From Balanoglossus misakiensis (taxonomy: Eukaryota; Animalia; Hemichordata), in the NCBI GenBank assembly GCA_040954595.2, contig CM082577.2, forward strand, positions 19,318,303 through 19,382,302: DNA of 64,000 nt. The letters are read 5' to 3'. Positions 41,201-54,109 of the stretch are shown here, one piece after another. The notes under the pieces were generated by a model. It was not told the origin of the DNA and did not search any database. It worked only from the letters and a program-made list of their open reading frames with translations. Position 1 is the first letter of the stretch, and each line of letters opens with the position of its first letter. Made by a program: the position numbers and the translations under genes.

Positions 41201-44200
41201 GCTCACTGCCCAATAGACAGTCACTGTACAGGACCGTTGCACAGACCAGAATTCCACACTAAGACGTGTACATAGCTTAACTATAGAGGTATATTAAAGG
41301 TATATGGTCACCTATACAAATTTAGCCACAGTTACCATGGTAAATCGAGATCTAACCAATCACAGATTTTCAGTGGGTGGCACACGCGAAAATAAAGCGT
41401 TCTTTAGAACACTCAAATACGCCATTTCAACTATATATGGCGATATGTAAATTGGAGGTGACCGTATACCTTTAAGTAAAAAGGTATAAATTTAATTTAA
41501 AACATTAATATAAAAAAATCGGTCGATTTTTCATATTATTTTTTTTCGCTTAAAATGATTGACAAATGCTAGGCTAGCTGCACACCAAAGTTTGAGATGA
41601 TTTTGAGATATGTATGCATATTTATCCAAAAATAATATGTGGTCATAGCTTTACTATGTAACGTATAGGCCCATGGCTTGGGCGAAAAATATGAAAAATA
41701 ATACTTAAAAATCTTCTTCTCAAAATTGACATGGCCTATGGCCTTGAAATTTGGCATGTAGGACAATGACCCCATGGTCAGCAAAAGTTGCTAAAAGAAT
41801 TTTGATATCTCCATGCATATGCAAATAAGGCCGATTTGAAAATTTTGCCCAAATATGGTCATCAGGTCACATGACTTATTAAACATTCACAAGGGTACAG
41901 CTCATGCTCTTATTGGCCTGCACCATTGTGCCAAGTTTGAGATTTGTAGGTTCAGCCGTTTTCAAGATGTACTTGACGAAAAAAACGGCACAAGAAGAAG
42001 AAGAAGAAAAACTCCAGTAAAAACAATAGGGCACAAGCCTGCTGGGCTTGTGCCCTAAATATAGCTGCAAGCAGCGATGACGGGCCCAAGCTTAAGCCGA
42101 AGGTCAAAGGTCATAAGTGGTCACCCAAAATTTGGGCAAGAAATTTTGACCCCATACTGGTCCGTGTCCCACAAGAACAAAATCTCTAGCCCTATTGGTT
42201 CACCTACAATTATGTATGTGCATAATTAATGAGGTAAAGTGTAAGGCTCCATCAGGAGTTCCATCCCTCCAAATGCCAAGGCTGTAGCTGCTGTGCATGC
42301 CGAGATATGGTAAAGTAGGTCAAAGGTCACCTGAGGTCACCCAAAATTTGGGCAAGAAATTTTGACCCCATACTGGTTCATGTTCAGCAAAAATCAAACC
42401 TCTAGTCCTATTGGTTGGCCTGGAATTAGGTATGCACATAATTAATGAGATAAGCAGATGTCACAGGTGACCCTCAATTTTGGCTTTTAAATTTTAGTCC
42501 CAACCCTCCAAACGCAAAGTCTGTACCTGCTCTGGATGCCGAGATATAGGAAAGTAGGTCAAAGGTCACCTGAGGTCACCCAAAATTTGGGCAAGAAATT
42601 TTGACCCCATACTGGTTCATGTTCAGCAAAAATCAAACCTCTAGTCCTATTGGTTGGCCTGGAATTAGGTATGCACATAATTAATGAGATAAGCAGATGT
42701 CACAGGTGACCCTCAATTTTGGCTTTTAAATTTTAGTCCCAACCCTCCAAACGCCAAGTCTGTACCTGCTCTGGATGCCGAGATATAGGAAAGTAGGTCA
42801 AAGGTCACCTGAGGTCGCCCAAAATTTGGGCAATTTTTTTTTACCCTATACTGGTCCATGTCCCACAAGCACAAAACCTCTAGCCCTATTAGTTAGCCCA
42901 GAATTAGGTATGCACATAATTAATGAGTTAAGCAGGTGTTACAGGTGAGCCCAAAATTTTGCCTTTTATTTTGGTCCCATTTTGCTCACGGGCCAATAGA
43001 GAGTCACAGTACAGGACCATTGCACAGATGTGGACATAGCATCATAGCTTAACTATAGAAAGTATAGGCCTATGGCTGGGTCCAAAAAATATGAAATATA
43101 ATATTTAAAAATCTTCTTCTCAAAATTGACTTGGCCCAGAGCCTTGAAATTTAGCATGTAGGACACTGACCATATGGTCCGCAAAATGATTGCACAGAAT
43201 TTTGATATCGTCATTCATATGCAAATTAGGCCCATTTGAAAACTTTGCCCATATATGGTCATCAGGTCATGTGACTAATTACACATTCACGAGGGTACTG
43301 CACGAGCTCTCATAGACCTGCACCATTGTGCCAAGTTTGAGATTTGTAGGTTCAGCCGTTTTCAAGATCTACCTGAGCAAAAAAACTACACAAGAAAAAA
43401 AAAAAAAAAATATAGCTGCAAGCAGCGATGACGGGCACAAGCTTAAGCCGAAGGTCAAAGGTCATATGTGGTCACCCAAAATTTGGGCAAAAAGTTTTGA
43501 CCCCCATACTAGTCCAGGTCCAACAGAAACCTGACCTCTAGCCCTATTGGTTTGTCTGGAATTAGGTATGCACATAATTAATGAGATATGCAGGTGTCAC
43601 AGGTGACCCCCAAATTTTGGCTTTTCAATTTTAGTCCCAACCCTCCAAACGCCAAGTCTTTGCCTGCTCTGGTTGCCAAGATATGGAAAATTAGGTCAAA
43701 GGTCACCTGAGGTCATGCAAAATTTGGGCAAAAAATTTTGAGCCTATACTGGTCCATGTTCAACAAAAATCAAACCTCTAACCCTATTGGTTAGCCTGGA
43801 ATTAGGTATGCACATAATTAATGAGATAAGCAGGTGTCACAGGTGACCCCCAATTTTGGCTTTTCAATTTTAGTCCCAACCCTCCAAACGCCAAGTCTGT
43901 AACTGCTCTGGATGCGGAGATATAGGAAAGTAGGTCAAAGGTCACCTGAGGTCACCCAGAATTTGGGCAAATTTTTTTAACCCCATACTGGTCCATGACC
44001 AAAAAGAACGAAACCTCTAGCCCTATTAGTTAGCCCGGAATTAGGTATGCACATAATTAATAAGTTTAGCAGGTGTTACACGTGAGCCCGAAATTTTGCC
44101 TTTTAATGTGGTCCCATTCTGCTCACGGGCCAGTAGGCAGTCACTGTACAGGACCATTGCACAGACGTGTACATGGCGTCATAGCTTAACTATAGAAAGT

Positions 44201-44795
44201 ATAGGCCCATGGCTGGGTCCAAAAATATGAAAAATTACTAATATTTACAAGTCTTCTTCTCAAAATAGACTTGGCCCACGGCCTTGATATTTGGCATGTA
44301 GGACACTGATCACATGGTCCACAAAAGTTGCTAAAAGAATTTTGATATCTCCATTCATATGCAAATTAGGCCCATTTGAAAACTTTGCCCATATATGGTC
44401 ATCAGGTCACATGACTTATTAAACATTCACGAGGGTACTGCACCAGCTCTCATAGGCCTGCATCACTGTGCCAAGTTTGAGATTTGTAGGTTCAGCCGTT
44501 TTCAAGATCCTATTGGGCAAAAAAACTACACAAGAAAAAGAAGAGGATGAAAAACCCCAGTAATACCAATAGGGCACAAGCCTGCTTGGCTTGTGCCCTA
44601 AAAAAAAAAGATGAAAAACCCCAGTAATACCAATAGGGCACAAGCCTGCTTGGCTTGTGCCCTAAAAAACCCAGTAATACCAATAGGGCACAAGCCTGCT
44701 TGGCTTGTGCCCTAAAAAACCCCAGTAATACCAATAGGGCACAAGCGCCTGAGGGCGCTTGTGCCCTAAAAACTCCAGCAATAACAGAAGGGGAC
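35292..44795 (-). mobile_element. HINE-like nest 2: six bodies and six heads
   Basis: AGCTGCAAGCAGC ends at ~35298, 37320, 38643, 40203, 42063, 43414; heads at ~42010-42058 and stacked at ~44550-44795. Confidence 0.85.
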
Positions 44796-45412
44796 GTCAT
44801 CAAGCCTCACTTTCGGTCACGCCATTGTTAAAGGTCACATGTCATGCTGTGGAAAGTTTTCATATTTCCATGTTAAAAGCTCACCTAGGGTACCTGTCTA
44901 TGCATTGCCTATTGTGTCGGTTCCGAAAAATGTGCACGAATGCCGGAATTTGCCACTTTTTTTTCATGCCTGTGATCAGGGAGCCACTTCGCACTCGAGC
45001 CAGGTGAAGGTATTTGCATATGGACAAACAAGTACACTACGTCGTAGTGTACCATTCTGTTTACAGTAAAGTGTAATTATCGGTCCATGAGTAATTAAGT
45101 CCACAGACAAAGACAAGCTATATAAACAGTGTTCAAAGCAAAGGAAGCCCTTGCCTCACATTGCAGGCAGAGGATTTACAAAGGTGTGAAAGACTATTTG
45201 TCCACATCAAGATAAGTCTTCGGCTTAACTTCGAAAAGCCGAAAAAAATCGACTGAGTTGGGTTAGGGGTACACGCCCACCCGCCACTTTTACTTGCTTG
45301 TTATCTAAGCACAAGGGGCAAAACGCATTGCAAGATAGTAACATACGTTAACTTCAAGACCCAAATAGTGATTTTACGCGTGGTTGTATAGGGCATGGCA
45401 TGTGACCTTTAA

Positions 45413-46031
45413 AGGGGAAATCCGCTGTAGCTGATTTCTACATAATTTGGTAGCTTTGATGTCTCTCTTTCAGAAAAAAACATATTCGCCATGTATAGGT
45501 CGCGCGATTTTTTACAAAATCTAGGGAAAGTTGGCAGAATTTCCAATATGGCGTTTACTGTAATTCGAATCATGGGAAAAAAAGCGCCAGGACCAACTTC
45601 CGCCCACCTTGGTGTGGGTGATACCATTTTCCGATTGGTGTTACTGTGTCACAAGCTAAGCGTATTTGCATATTTTTCATGGGTTATAGCTCATGAAAAT
45701 TGTCAATAGAAGACAAATTTTCGACTTTGCTGATGATTGTTTATCAACTGATGCAAAGAACAAACAATAGCTATGAAAATACGCCTAGTCTGTCGCCCAG
45801 TGACACCAATCGGAGAATGGTATCACCCACACCATGGTTGGCGGAAGTTGCTCCTGGCGCTTTTTTTCCCATGATTCAAATTACAGTAAACGCCATATTG
45901 GAAATTCTGCCAACTTTCCCTAGATTTTGTAAAAAATCGCGCGACCTATACATGGCGAATATGTTTTTTTCTGAAAAAGAGACATCAAAGCTACCAAATT
46001 ATGTAGAAATCAGCTACAGCGGATTTCCCCT
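45413..46031. mobile_element. Kolobok-like foldback MITE
   Basis: TTAA both sides; near-perfect inverted arms of ~270 bp starting AGGGGAAATCCGCTGTAG. Confidence 0.85.
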
Positions 46032-46142
46032 TTAAGGTCATACTGTACATAATGCAACACAGCCGTCCTGTGCCTTCAAACACGTCTGGATACTCTGTAA
46101 TCAGATGGTGACAGGATTTGAGGTGTCTTTCATCCTCTTTGC

Positions 46143-47372
46143 CAATCTGATTAAAATCAGATTTAGGAAACGGCGACGTGTTTTTTTATGCTGTCGCCTC
46201 ACACTACATCTGACCAACTCTCACTGGAGCTCCCGTTGAAATCGCGCATTCCGACCCGGCCAATTAGATTGCATGTTATGTCGACCAAAGAATTGCACTG
46301 GGAGATGGGAGAAATTTTGTTGTTGACTTCGAGTATCGCACAGAATACGACAGATTGGCTTTCTCTTGTGAACAATTACATGTAATCCCATGATATCTTT
46401 CTTTGTTTGGCGTCATCGTATGCCAGTGGTTTTCGCAAAGCAGTGCAACATGGAGCTGTAGCCATATACAAATGATGAACTGTTGCTGATCATTCATAAA
46501 CTCTCCTAACAAGTCGTCATGTTTGCCCTCGTAGTCATGCCGCCAGTCGGGAAAATGACGTACTTCATGTAAAAGTTTATAAAAAAATTCACTGCCATGT
46601 ATCCCAAAACCATTAATGTGACAGGATTTTAAAAATAACGCTAACTTCGGCTAAGGAAGGTCAAGTCATAGCTCTGCGTACAGGTATGTGTGTTCCCGGC
46701 ATTAAACAGCCTCCACCACAGCCCTGCAACTTGCAAGGACCCATAGACAAAACTGGTGCGTCTGCGGCCCGGACCGCAGCTTTTTCGGTCGAAATTCGAT
46801 TTTATTGAAGCAAAATCCTTTCCCTGTCTACTTCTACCTCCTAACCGACCCCAAATATGATGATATTAACTTCTTCTAACATCCGTGTAACGCTGGGAAC
46901 ACACAGACCGGTATGCAGAGCTAGTCAAGTCAGTGCAGTTGGTCAGTGCACTCTCGTGTATACAAACGATTGTGGCAACAGAATCTCACCCTGGGACGGC
47001 CTTACACAAATGTAATCAATTCTCTAACAATTTTACTGCGACTTTTTGTCACGTCTTATACATTTCGTTGGCCGAGGAATATAGATGTTCAGCCGTCACA
47101 CTGAACTGGCTTGAAACCATTCCCCACGCTGATTCGACTCTCGCGCCTGGGATACGTCTGTGGTAGCTCCATGGTAACAGCCGCAAGGGACCAGGTCATG
47201 TGATAATGTGGGATGCCTATCGTTTGCTATAAGGCGCCTTCTGATTGGTTTACTGGCCCAGTAAATCCCGTAGATTTCAACGGGAGCTCCAGTGGGAGTT
47301 GGTCAGATGTAGTGTAGGCGGCAGAATAAAAAAACACGTCGCCGTTCCCTACATCTGATTTTAATCAGATTG
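46143..47372. mobile_element. 1.23-kb TIR element with 9-bp TSD (AcademH- or MULE-like)
   Basis: TSD CCTCTTTGC (46134-46142, 47373-47381); ~100-bp imperfect TIR starting CAATCTGATTAAAATCAGAT; ~175 bp shared with 62562-62737. Confidence 0.8.
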
Positions 47373-47841
47373 CCTCTTTGCCTGACTCGACTGCTTTTCC
47401 TGAACCATCAATATCTGGTCATGCTGAACCGTTCACAAACCCATTTGTATCATCATCAATGACTACAAAGTCTACTATGAACTTCTTTCCATTCTTGAGA
47501 TTCACCATTTTCACTTTGGTTTGTCCTTTGGGCTTCAGTGTTGTCTTGTTGTACATGGTAAGAAGCCTGCATGTCTCTGTAAACTTGTAGTAATTCAAAT
47601 TACCAAGCCACTGGTATGATGTTGCATGTAGCCCCCAAGTCTAACTGAAACTTCTTGTTGTACATGATAAGAAGTCTGCATGTCTCTGTAAACTTGTAAT
47701 AATTCAAATTACCAAGCCACTGGTATGATGTTGCATGTAGCCCCCAAGTCTAACTGAAACTTCAATGGCTTCTTGCGTGAATTTGCTTTGGAAAGCGACT
47801 ATCAGTCACTCTGTTGACTTGCGGTTCATCTGGTGACAGTG

Positions 47842-48610
47842 TTACTTACTGTACTGCTTCATAGTCTTCCTGACTATCTTCTGCTGCAGTGCAAACTTTT
47901 CCTTGTGTCTTCTTCTTCTGCATACACTGCGATGCAAAATGATTGTCTTTCTTGCAATTATGGCACTGCTTGCCATATGCTGGGCACTTTTCTTTATCTT
48001 TCCACAGTATCTGCATTGTTTACCTTGCTCCGGTTTCTGCTTTGTTTTCTGTGCCTTTGTCCACTTCTTTCTCACTGCATGGACTTCCAATGGAACTTCT
48101 ATAGTCTTTATGCTTTCTTTAGACAGCTCCGATGCTCTACATATCTGTATGCATTTGTCAAGGTTGAGGTCTGCTTCTCGTAACAGCCTTTCTCTCAATC
48201 TTGAATCACTGATCCCACAAATCAGTTGATCTCTGACAAGCGAATCTTGGAGCATTCCAAAATTACATGTTGCGGCTAAAATCTTCAAATCTGTAATGTA
48301 CTTGTCCAAAAGTTCATTACCTTCTTGGCAAAAGTTCATTACCTTCTTGGCTTCGAGTGAAAAACTTGAAGCGCTCTACAGTTTCATTTCTCTTTGGGTT
48401 GCAATAATCTGTCTCGAAGATTAATGTCTTGTGTACTTCTCTACCCTCTCTTCCAATGAAGTATAGAAACAACTTGCATTTGTTGCTTTCATCCTTGCCA
48501 TCCATCACTAGGTAAACATAGAGTAATAATTCCTCTTTCCATCTTTTCCAGAACGCTGCCAAATTCTTGGCTTCAAAATCTAGTTTCTCCGGTGTTTTGA
48601 TGTGTTCAAT
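47842..48610 (-). pseudogene. Decayed Gypsy gag
   Basis: KTPEKLDFEAKNLAAFWKRWKEE...LKILAATCNFGMLQDSLVRDQLICGISDSRLRERLLRE...CRYCGK; frameshifts and short tandem duplications. Confidence 0.85.
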
Positions 48611-51600
48611 GGTTTACAATTGTCTGCCGCAATCGTAGAAACCAATCGAAAGTGTGCAAAACTTTCTCGCCCTAGCTATGCAGGTATTGCGCAATGACCG
48701 GATGTCACACTTGGGCTACCGTACATTCACTGCTCGGAAAAAAAGTTATTTTTCGCTCAGAAATCCCAAATTCTACAGCGTGAGTTCAGTTAAGACAGCA
48801 AGATTCTTCCGATCTATTGTCTCTAGCACTTCACAGAGGTTTGGAAACAGTGTGATACTCACTATTTTCAAAGTTCTTTGATGTCCTCGTCAGGTCAACC
48901 ATACGTGCGCCAATGTGTACCTCATAAGGACAAGTGCGCGGTACTTGCCTTTTGCTGGCGTCACCACCTAGAGAGTTGTTTACGTACAATGAAGCTGTTA
49001 TTTCAGTCAACGTGTCGTCGATCCCACACCTGACACAGTGCGAACGCTAGCTCGTCAAATGACCGTTAATCACGGTGTTTTCTAAACTTTGCAGCGCCCC
49101 CAACGTTATCTTGTTTTCAAATGCGGAAGTGGTGTGCTGATTTCCCGCGTAATTTTCTAAGCTTATTTACGTCGGAATAATCGTATTTTACCAGTCATTT
49201 TCACCATTTATCGATAGTTTGTAGTTTAAGCTATTAAACGACACATTTTTACCGAAATATCTTGATAAACCTTGCGGAAAACTGATAAAACTTACAGTGA
49301 CCCAAAATTTGGAAAAATAATAAACATCGAATTTATAGTGTTTTAAGATGTGCAGCACTTTTTTATAAAAAATAATTGTAACATTTTGAAACGATTTTTG
49401 GTAATTTCAATATATATTCTGACTATTTAAGAAAAATAGTGGGTGTACCCCCATAGGTCTTTGCAAAATCGCCCCTGATTACAAGTGCAACAATTCCGTT
49501 CTATAGCATGTATAGTATAGCGCACACGCCTGACTAATGCATAGCTCCTGAACCTTCGTATGATGCAGTATACGTAGCGTGAGCGTCTCCTCGTGGGTGA
49601 ACTGAATTTTCGTGACATGTTGATGTGATATTGCTTTTCATACCTCCAAGACTTACTTTTACAAAGGTTCTGCCCCAAAAAAAAACATATTTTCTTTGTG
49701 ATTTTCAATTGTCTACTTGTCGTTTTGGTGTCCGGGACTATTGTCTGGCTCAAACAGAGCTCCATCGTGTGTCGGTCGTCACGTCATATCGGCTTATTAT
49801 GAAACAGATCGGTAGTTTGAAAACGGCCTTTCGGTACTACACTACGCTCTTTGGCTTATTATGAAAAAGATCGACAGACTTTGAAATGATCGGTAGTTTG
49901 AAAACCGCCTTTCAGCACTGGTGTTTATCAGCCTACATTGGCACTACGTTTATCGGCCGACAAAATGTGAAAATGATCGGTTGTTTTTAACACCTATATC
50001 GGCATAGAATAATTAATAGACGACGACGCAGCATTTTTGTACAATTCTAGTCCTTATTGTTGATCATGATCGCACTGACGTCTAACACACTCAATTACAA
50101 CCCAAACATTCACCCTCACAACCCCCCCCCCCCCTCGGCCTCCCCCACGAAGTAATGGTATCACACGGGGTAAAGTTAGCGCCGTATACTTGTACGTACG
50201 ATACACCAGATCCCACTTGTATATGGTTCACTAAGATGTGCAGCAAATTTTTATAAAAGCTCCAAGGAAGGTAACATTTTCCAGTATTACAGCTAAGTAA
50301 ACTATCTAGGGTTCGAACACATTGTTTTTTTTGTACCACTTGCACTTTTCGAAATATTCGCCTCGAAACATTGAAAATGGCAATTTTTACGATGAAACAA
50401 ACAACACTACGATCTCGTAAAAAACTACTAGCGTAATTATCTGACCTTATGAAGACACAAAAATTGAACACGATACAGTTGGAGGACCACTTTCCTCAAT
50501 CAAATCGTCGTTTAAAAAAAAAAACCAAGGATATCCGAAGATACACGGCCTGATTTCTGACGGTGTTGTTTTCATGATAAGAGGCTGACATTTTGAAATT
50601 TATCACGTGACCTCTGCTTAATGCGCGCCCTCTATGAGAGCAACCTGCGTTCCGGCTGACACCATGTTACGTGTTTCGGTTCTTGTTCTGTGTGATTTAT
50701 GTACACACGACAGAGTTGTACTGTCTTTAAGAACAACACGTTTAATTAACTACGAACTGACGGCGGCCATGCTGACCTTAGCAAAGTACAGCTCAAAGTA
50801 CAACTCAACACGCATGCACAAATATCAATGTGTAAACTGTATGGTGAATGTACGTGACTGCTATCAACAAATACTGCAGTTTGTATTGTTAAAAACCTGT
50901 GCTAAACTCGGTGGCGATTCATAATACCGTTTGACTGACAACAGACAACTTAAATGCGAAACAAATTGGCCGTGGGCACACAATAGGTGGTGTAGGATAT
51001 GCAAATGTGCTGGGCGGGAGTCTTGAACGCTTGTGTAAACGGTGGCTTATCACAGGAGTATAAACTATCTGTTTACCCATGGGATGCATTCAATTACCAC
51101 CTTTCCGCGAAATACATGTATAACGGAGTTCACCATCGACCAATACAAAATAATTTCCAGGAACACAACCACAGACAATCGCAAAAAAAACCTGCAAGTA
51201 CAAGATGCTATAAACGATCAACTGGTCCTGCAGGTGTAAAACAATCTCGATGTTCCCACTGTCCGAATTTGAATACTGTCTAAATTTGAGTACGTGTACA
51301 TACTATTAGTTGGACGAGATTTTATCGAGGTCTACAATTTCACACATTTTACATGACAGCAGAAGACAATAAAAAAACATGATGAAAATTATCAGCACCT
51401 CAAGCAGAGGTCAAAACTAAGACGCGCTAGTGCAATGACACCACTTCCCGTACCAGAATGTAGTAATAATCGTGCGACGTGGCGTCAAAGCCTGGGCGTC
51501 AAAATTACCCCAAGGACACACCTTTAGCCCTTACCCGCAAACAATATCCACCTGTTCGAATTCCCCATTTCACTTTACATCGCTCGTTTTGATTTTTAGG

Positions 51601-52319
51601 AGACTGTTCTGTGCAAAAGTCTATTTGATCGAGCGTCTTGCGTATACCAGTACCAACTTTGGGAATAAATTTCTCAATCAGCCCTCAGTTTACAATCAGA
51701 GTGCCAGAAAGCTTATGACATGGGGACCAAACTCAATCAAAAATTATGGCCGCTCTCGTAAAAAAGAAGTGTCAACAACAATATACAAAAGCTTAGGAAG
51801 TGAATGTAAGAAAAGTACTGTCAGCTAACGGTAGATACATATAATTCTGTAGTACATGTAGTTGGTTTCTATTTGTCTGAGTCCAATTCTGATCATGAGA
51901 GAAGATGAAAATGCACAATAGCCGAACATTCTGGAAGTTGTCGGGGGGGGGGGGCTGTATGAACCCTGTCACACACACAAACAAACGGATTTTTGAGATG
52001 GTTTGAGGTCGAAAAGCAATGCGCTAGTCTACACCACAGTCCCTCCATTGTGTCTACACTGACAAAAGGTCATGACCCTGGATCACGCATGATGTTTCTC
52101 CTGTTTGGCATACAAACCATTAAACCAATGACGTAATTATCATAATGTTTGGTCACGCAAATTCAAAGTTTTCCGCTGGGAGTCTAAAAATAACCAATCC
52201 AGTGTACTCGTACAGCTCACCCACGGTTAAAATTTGTCCTCCGTAACATTGAGTTAATTTGCTTTTGAGTTCATTAAATTGCAACTTTGAGCACCGAATT
52301 TTACAAAACTTTCTTATGC

Positions 52320-52679
52320 CCACCCACGCCACTTTTCTTGTTTTACCGATTCTAGCAACTATTGTATTGACTTGTCATTTTAATTTGTTCATACATTTCT
52401 TTATTGCAACGATATACTATTATATACTTCAATAATACTTTAAGAAATATATAATTGAGGTGTGAGGAGCCTCATTCCCTTTATTGCATACAGTGTACAT
52501 AGGATCAGGACGGCGAATGTTTTCGGCGTGGGGGGGGGGGTCATCATATTTTTGGGTCTGTCAAAGGAGGGGGGTCATCATTTTTTGGTCCTGGGTGAAG
52601 GGGGGGTCGGCCTGATTTTGAGAACCGATGACACAAACTTGCCAACCCCCCCTGCCGTAAAAACTGAACGGTCCCTTAA
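52320..52679. mobile_element. PIF/Harbinger-like MITE fragment; inverted copy at ~54280-54585 continuing to ~55165
   Basis: Terminus ...AAAAACTGAACGGTCCCTTAA, G/C homopolymer runs, ~310 bp reverse-complement similarity between copies. Confidence 0.65.
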
Positions 52680-54024
52680 TACGAAGCCCCTGCCTTTCCG
52701 CACCGGGGTTTTAAAGGGTTGCTTGGCTGGTCCTGAAAAGAACAGTCTTTATGTTCATGGTTATAATGCCCGCCGATGTCCGGTATACAGTAACCAGGCC
52801 AAGGTACAAAGATCGGACGAGGGAAGTTACGCACAACTTTTCATCAGCCTGCATAACGCATTGTGTTCTTGAGAGATATCTCTCATCATCCAAGCATATC
52901 TCCAATCCAGCAAGCTCCAAAACATTTTGTCCAGATATATGATCGATTATATACAGTTTCAGCAATTCAACTTACATTCCTTTCTTATGGCATTTTCGAC
53001 AAGCATCAACGCCCCAGTAAAAAGTTGTTGACGCCGCAATCGCGATTATCATTTAAACAGAGTATATATTTTCGCATGGTTCATTTATAGCTTGAATTGT
53101 TTTTGTTAGCTCTATGTGTATGTCCATCAGTAAACTCGATGACCAGCGGGCTCAAGTTGATCTACGTATATTTCGGGCAGTGGAACCCCTCTCAAGTTGG
53201 GTAGGGAAATTGTACTCATCACAAGCTAGCCAAGTCTGTCGCTGTGCCTCAAATCACATGCGGTTGAAGGCACAGTCTGTATACAGTCCTGAATCAAGCG
53301 TTGAATCCATCAGAGCAATCGGTCTGTCGCTGTCCTATACACTTACTAGTTCACTGTTTATCTGTTAATACCTAGCACAAATTAGCGATCTTTTTATAGG
53401 ATCAGCTAATGTGGTAAACTGTTGCGATTTTTGTGTGTAACTAACATACTGTAAGTTAAACATCGCAATTAGCCTAATGCTTGACTAGGAGGAGCACCTA
53501 ATAATTTGAGAACCAGGGATTGAAAGTTGCCCCATTAATAGAAAGGTTTTCAAATTAGAGAAATGTCCGTAATAACAGGTTTCACTGTATTGTCTTTTAA
53601 AAAGTTTTGGTCAAAAAAGTCTTCAAAATCATCTTCAAAAGGGCGTGTGTCTAATTGATTTGACCGTTGGTGTGAAGGGACCTGGTGTGATATAAGTCTA
53701 ATTTGTTGAAATTGTGGTGAATTTTGCATTTATACTATAAAGTATTTGTACTACTTCTCAAATTTGCGTTTTTACTTTGCTGTCCAGTTTGCAGAGTCGC
53801 AAGAGAAGTATGCCATTTAATTCTGAAGCAGTTACCTTGTGTCTAATGCAAAGTACCTCTGTGGAGCTGTATCAGCTGTTAGGTCGTTTGTCTGGGCATG
53901 CAGCTTTTTTATAAATCATCATCAACATCTTGTGATGATCACAAAACCCCCAAGTCTCTCTGATTTATAACCTTCATGATTGCTTGGAAATTTAATAAAA
54001 ATCAAAAATCTTTTTATTTTCCAG

Positions 54025-54109
54025 ATTTAACAACGTATGATTCAGTCAAGCATAGAATTCTTAAATACACACACCTTAAAGACAATTGGGTTGTTCATAG
54101 TATGAGTAG
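54025..54109 (+). CDS. SLC25A27: UCP4-like carrier, exon D (85 bp)
   Basis: ttttccAG / GTaagt; (D)LTTYDSVKHRILKYTHLKDNWVVHSMS(S), similar to UCP4 DLTTYDTVKH. Confidence 0.93.

Larger units (their letters stand above)
35184..46059 (-). mobile_element. Solo-LTR-like insertion (~0.75 kb of own sequence) hosting HINE nest 2 and a MITE
   Basis: TG...CA ends with 5-bp TSD CAGCC (35179-35183, 46060-46064); host pol rejoins as EYPDVFEGTGRL|EGKYHLEIDPDV; TATA-like and ATTAAA motifs on the minus strand. Confidence 0.75.
23299..50893 (-). mobile_element. Older fragmented Ty3/Gypsy element (outer element of the 30.8-kb intron)
   Basis: LTR at 50665-~50893 next to PBS-like CTGACACCA; same LTR split at 23299-23371 + 26193-26341; AACC on both flanks; minus-strand fragments in order gag ~48610-47840, protease ~47800-47400, RT 46130-46060 / 35183-34425 / 32606-32500, integrase tail ~31737-31400. 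Confidence 0.7.

Noticed and set aside
44550-44795. Short palindromic repeats that look like a CRISPR array (also 16597-16815, 58016-58265)
   Set aside because: No unique spacers, no cas genes, eukaryotic intron; explained as stacked element heads.
45409-46035. Mirror-image ORF pair with near-identical peptides
   Set aside because: Artefact of the foldback MITE.
52700-53100. Possible decayed Cys/His-containing transposon ORF (CITHCVLERYL)
   Set aside because: Too short and degenerate to assign without a search.
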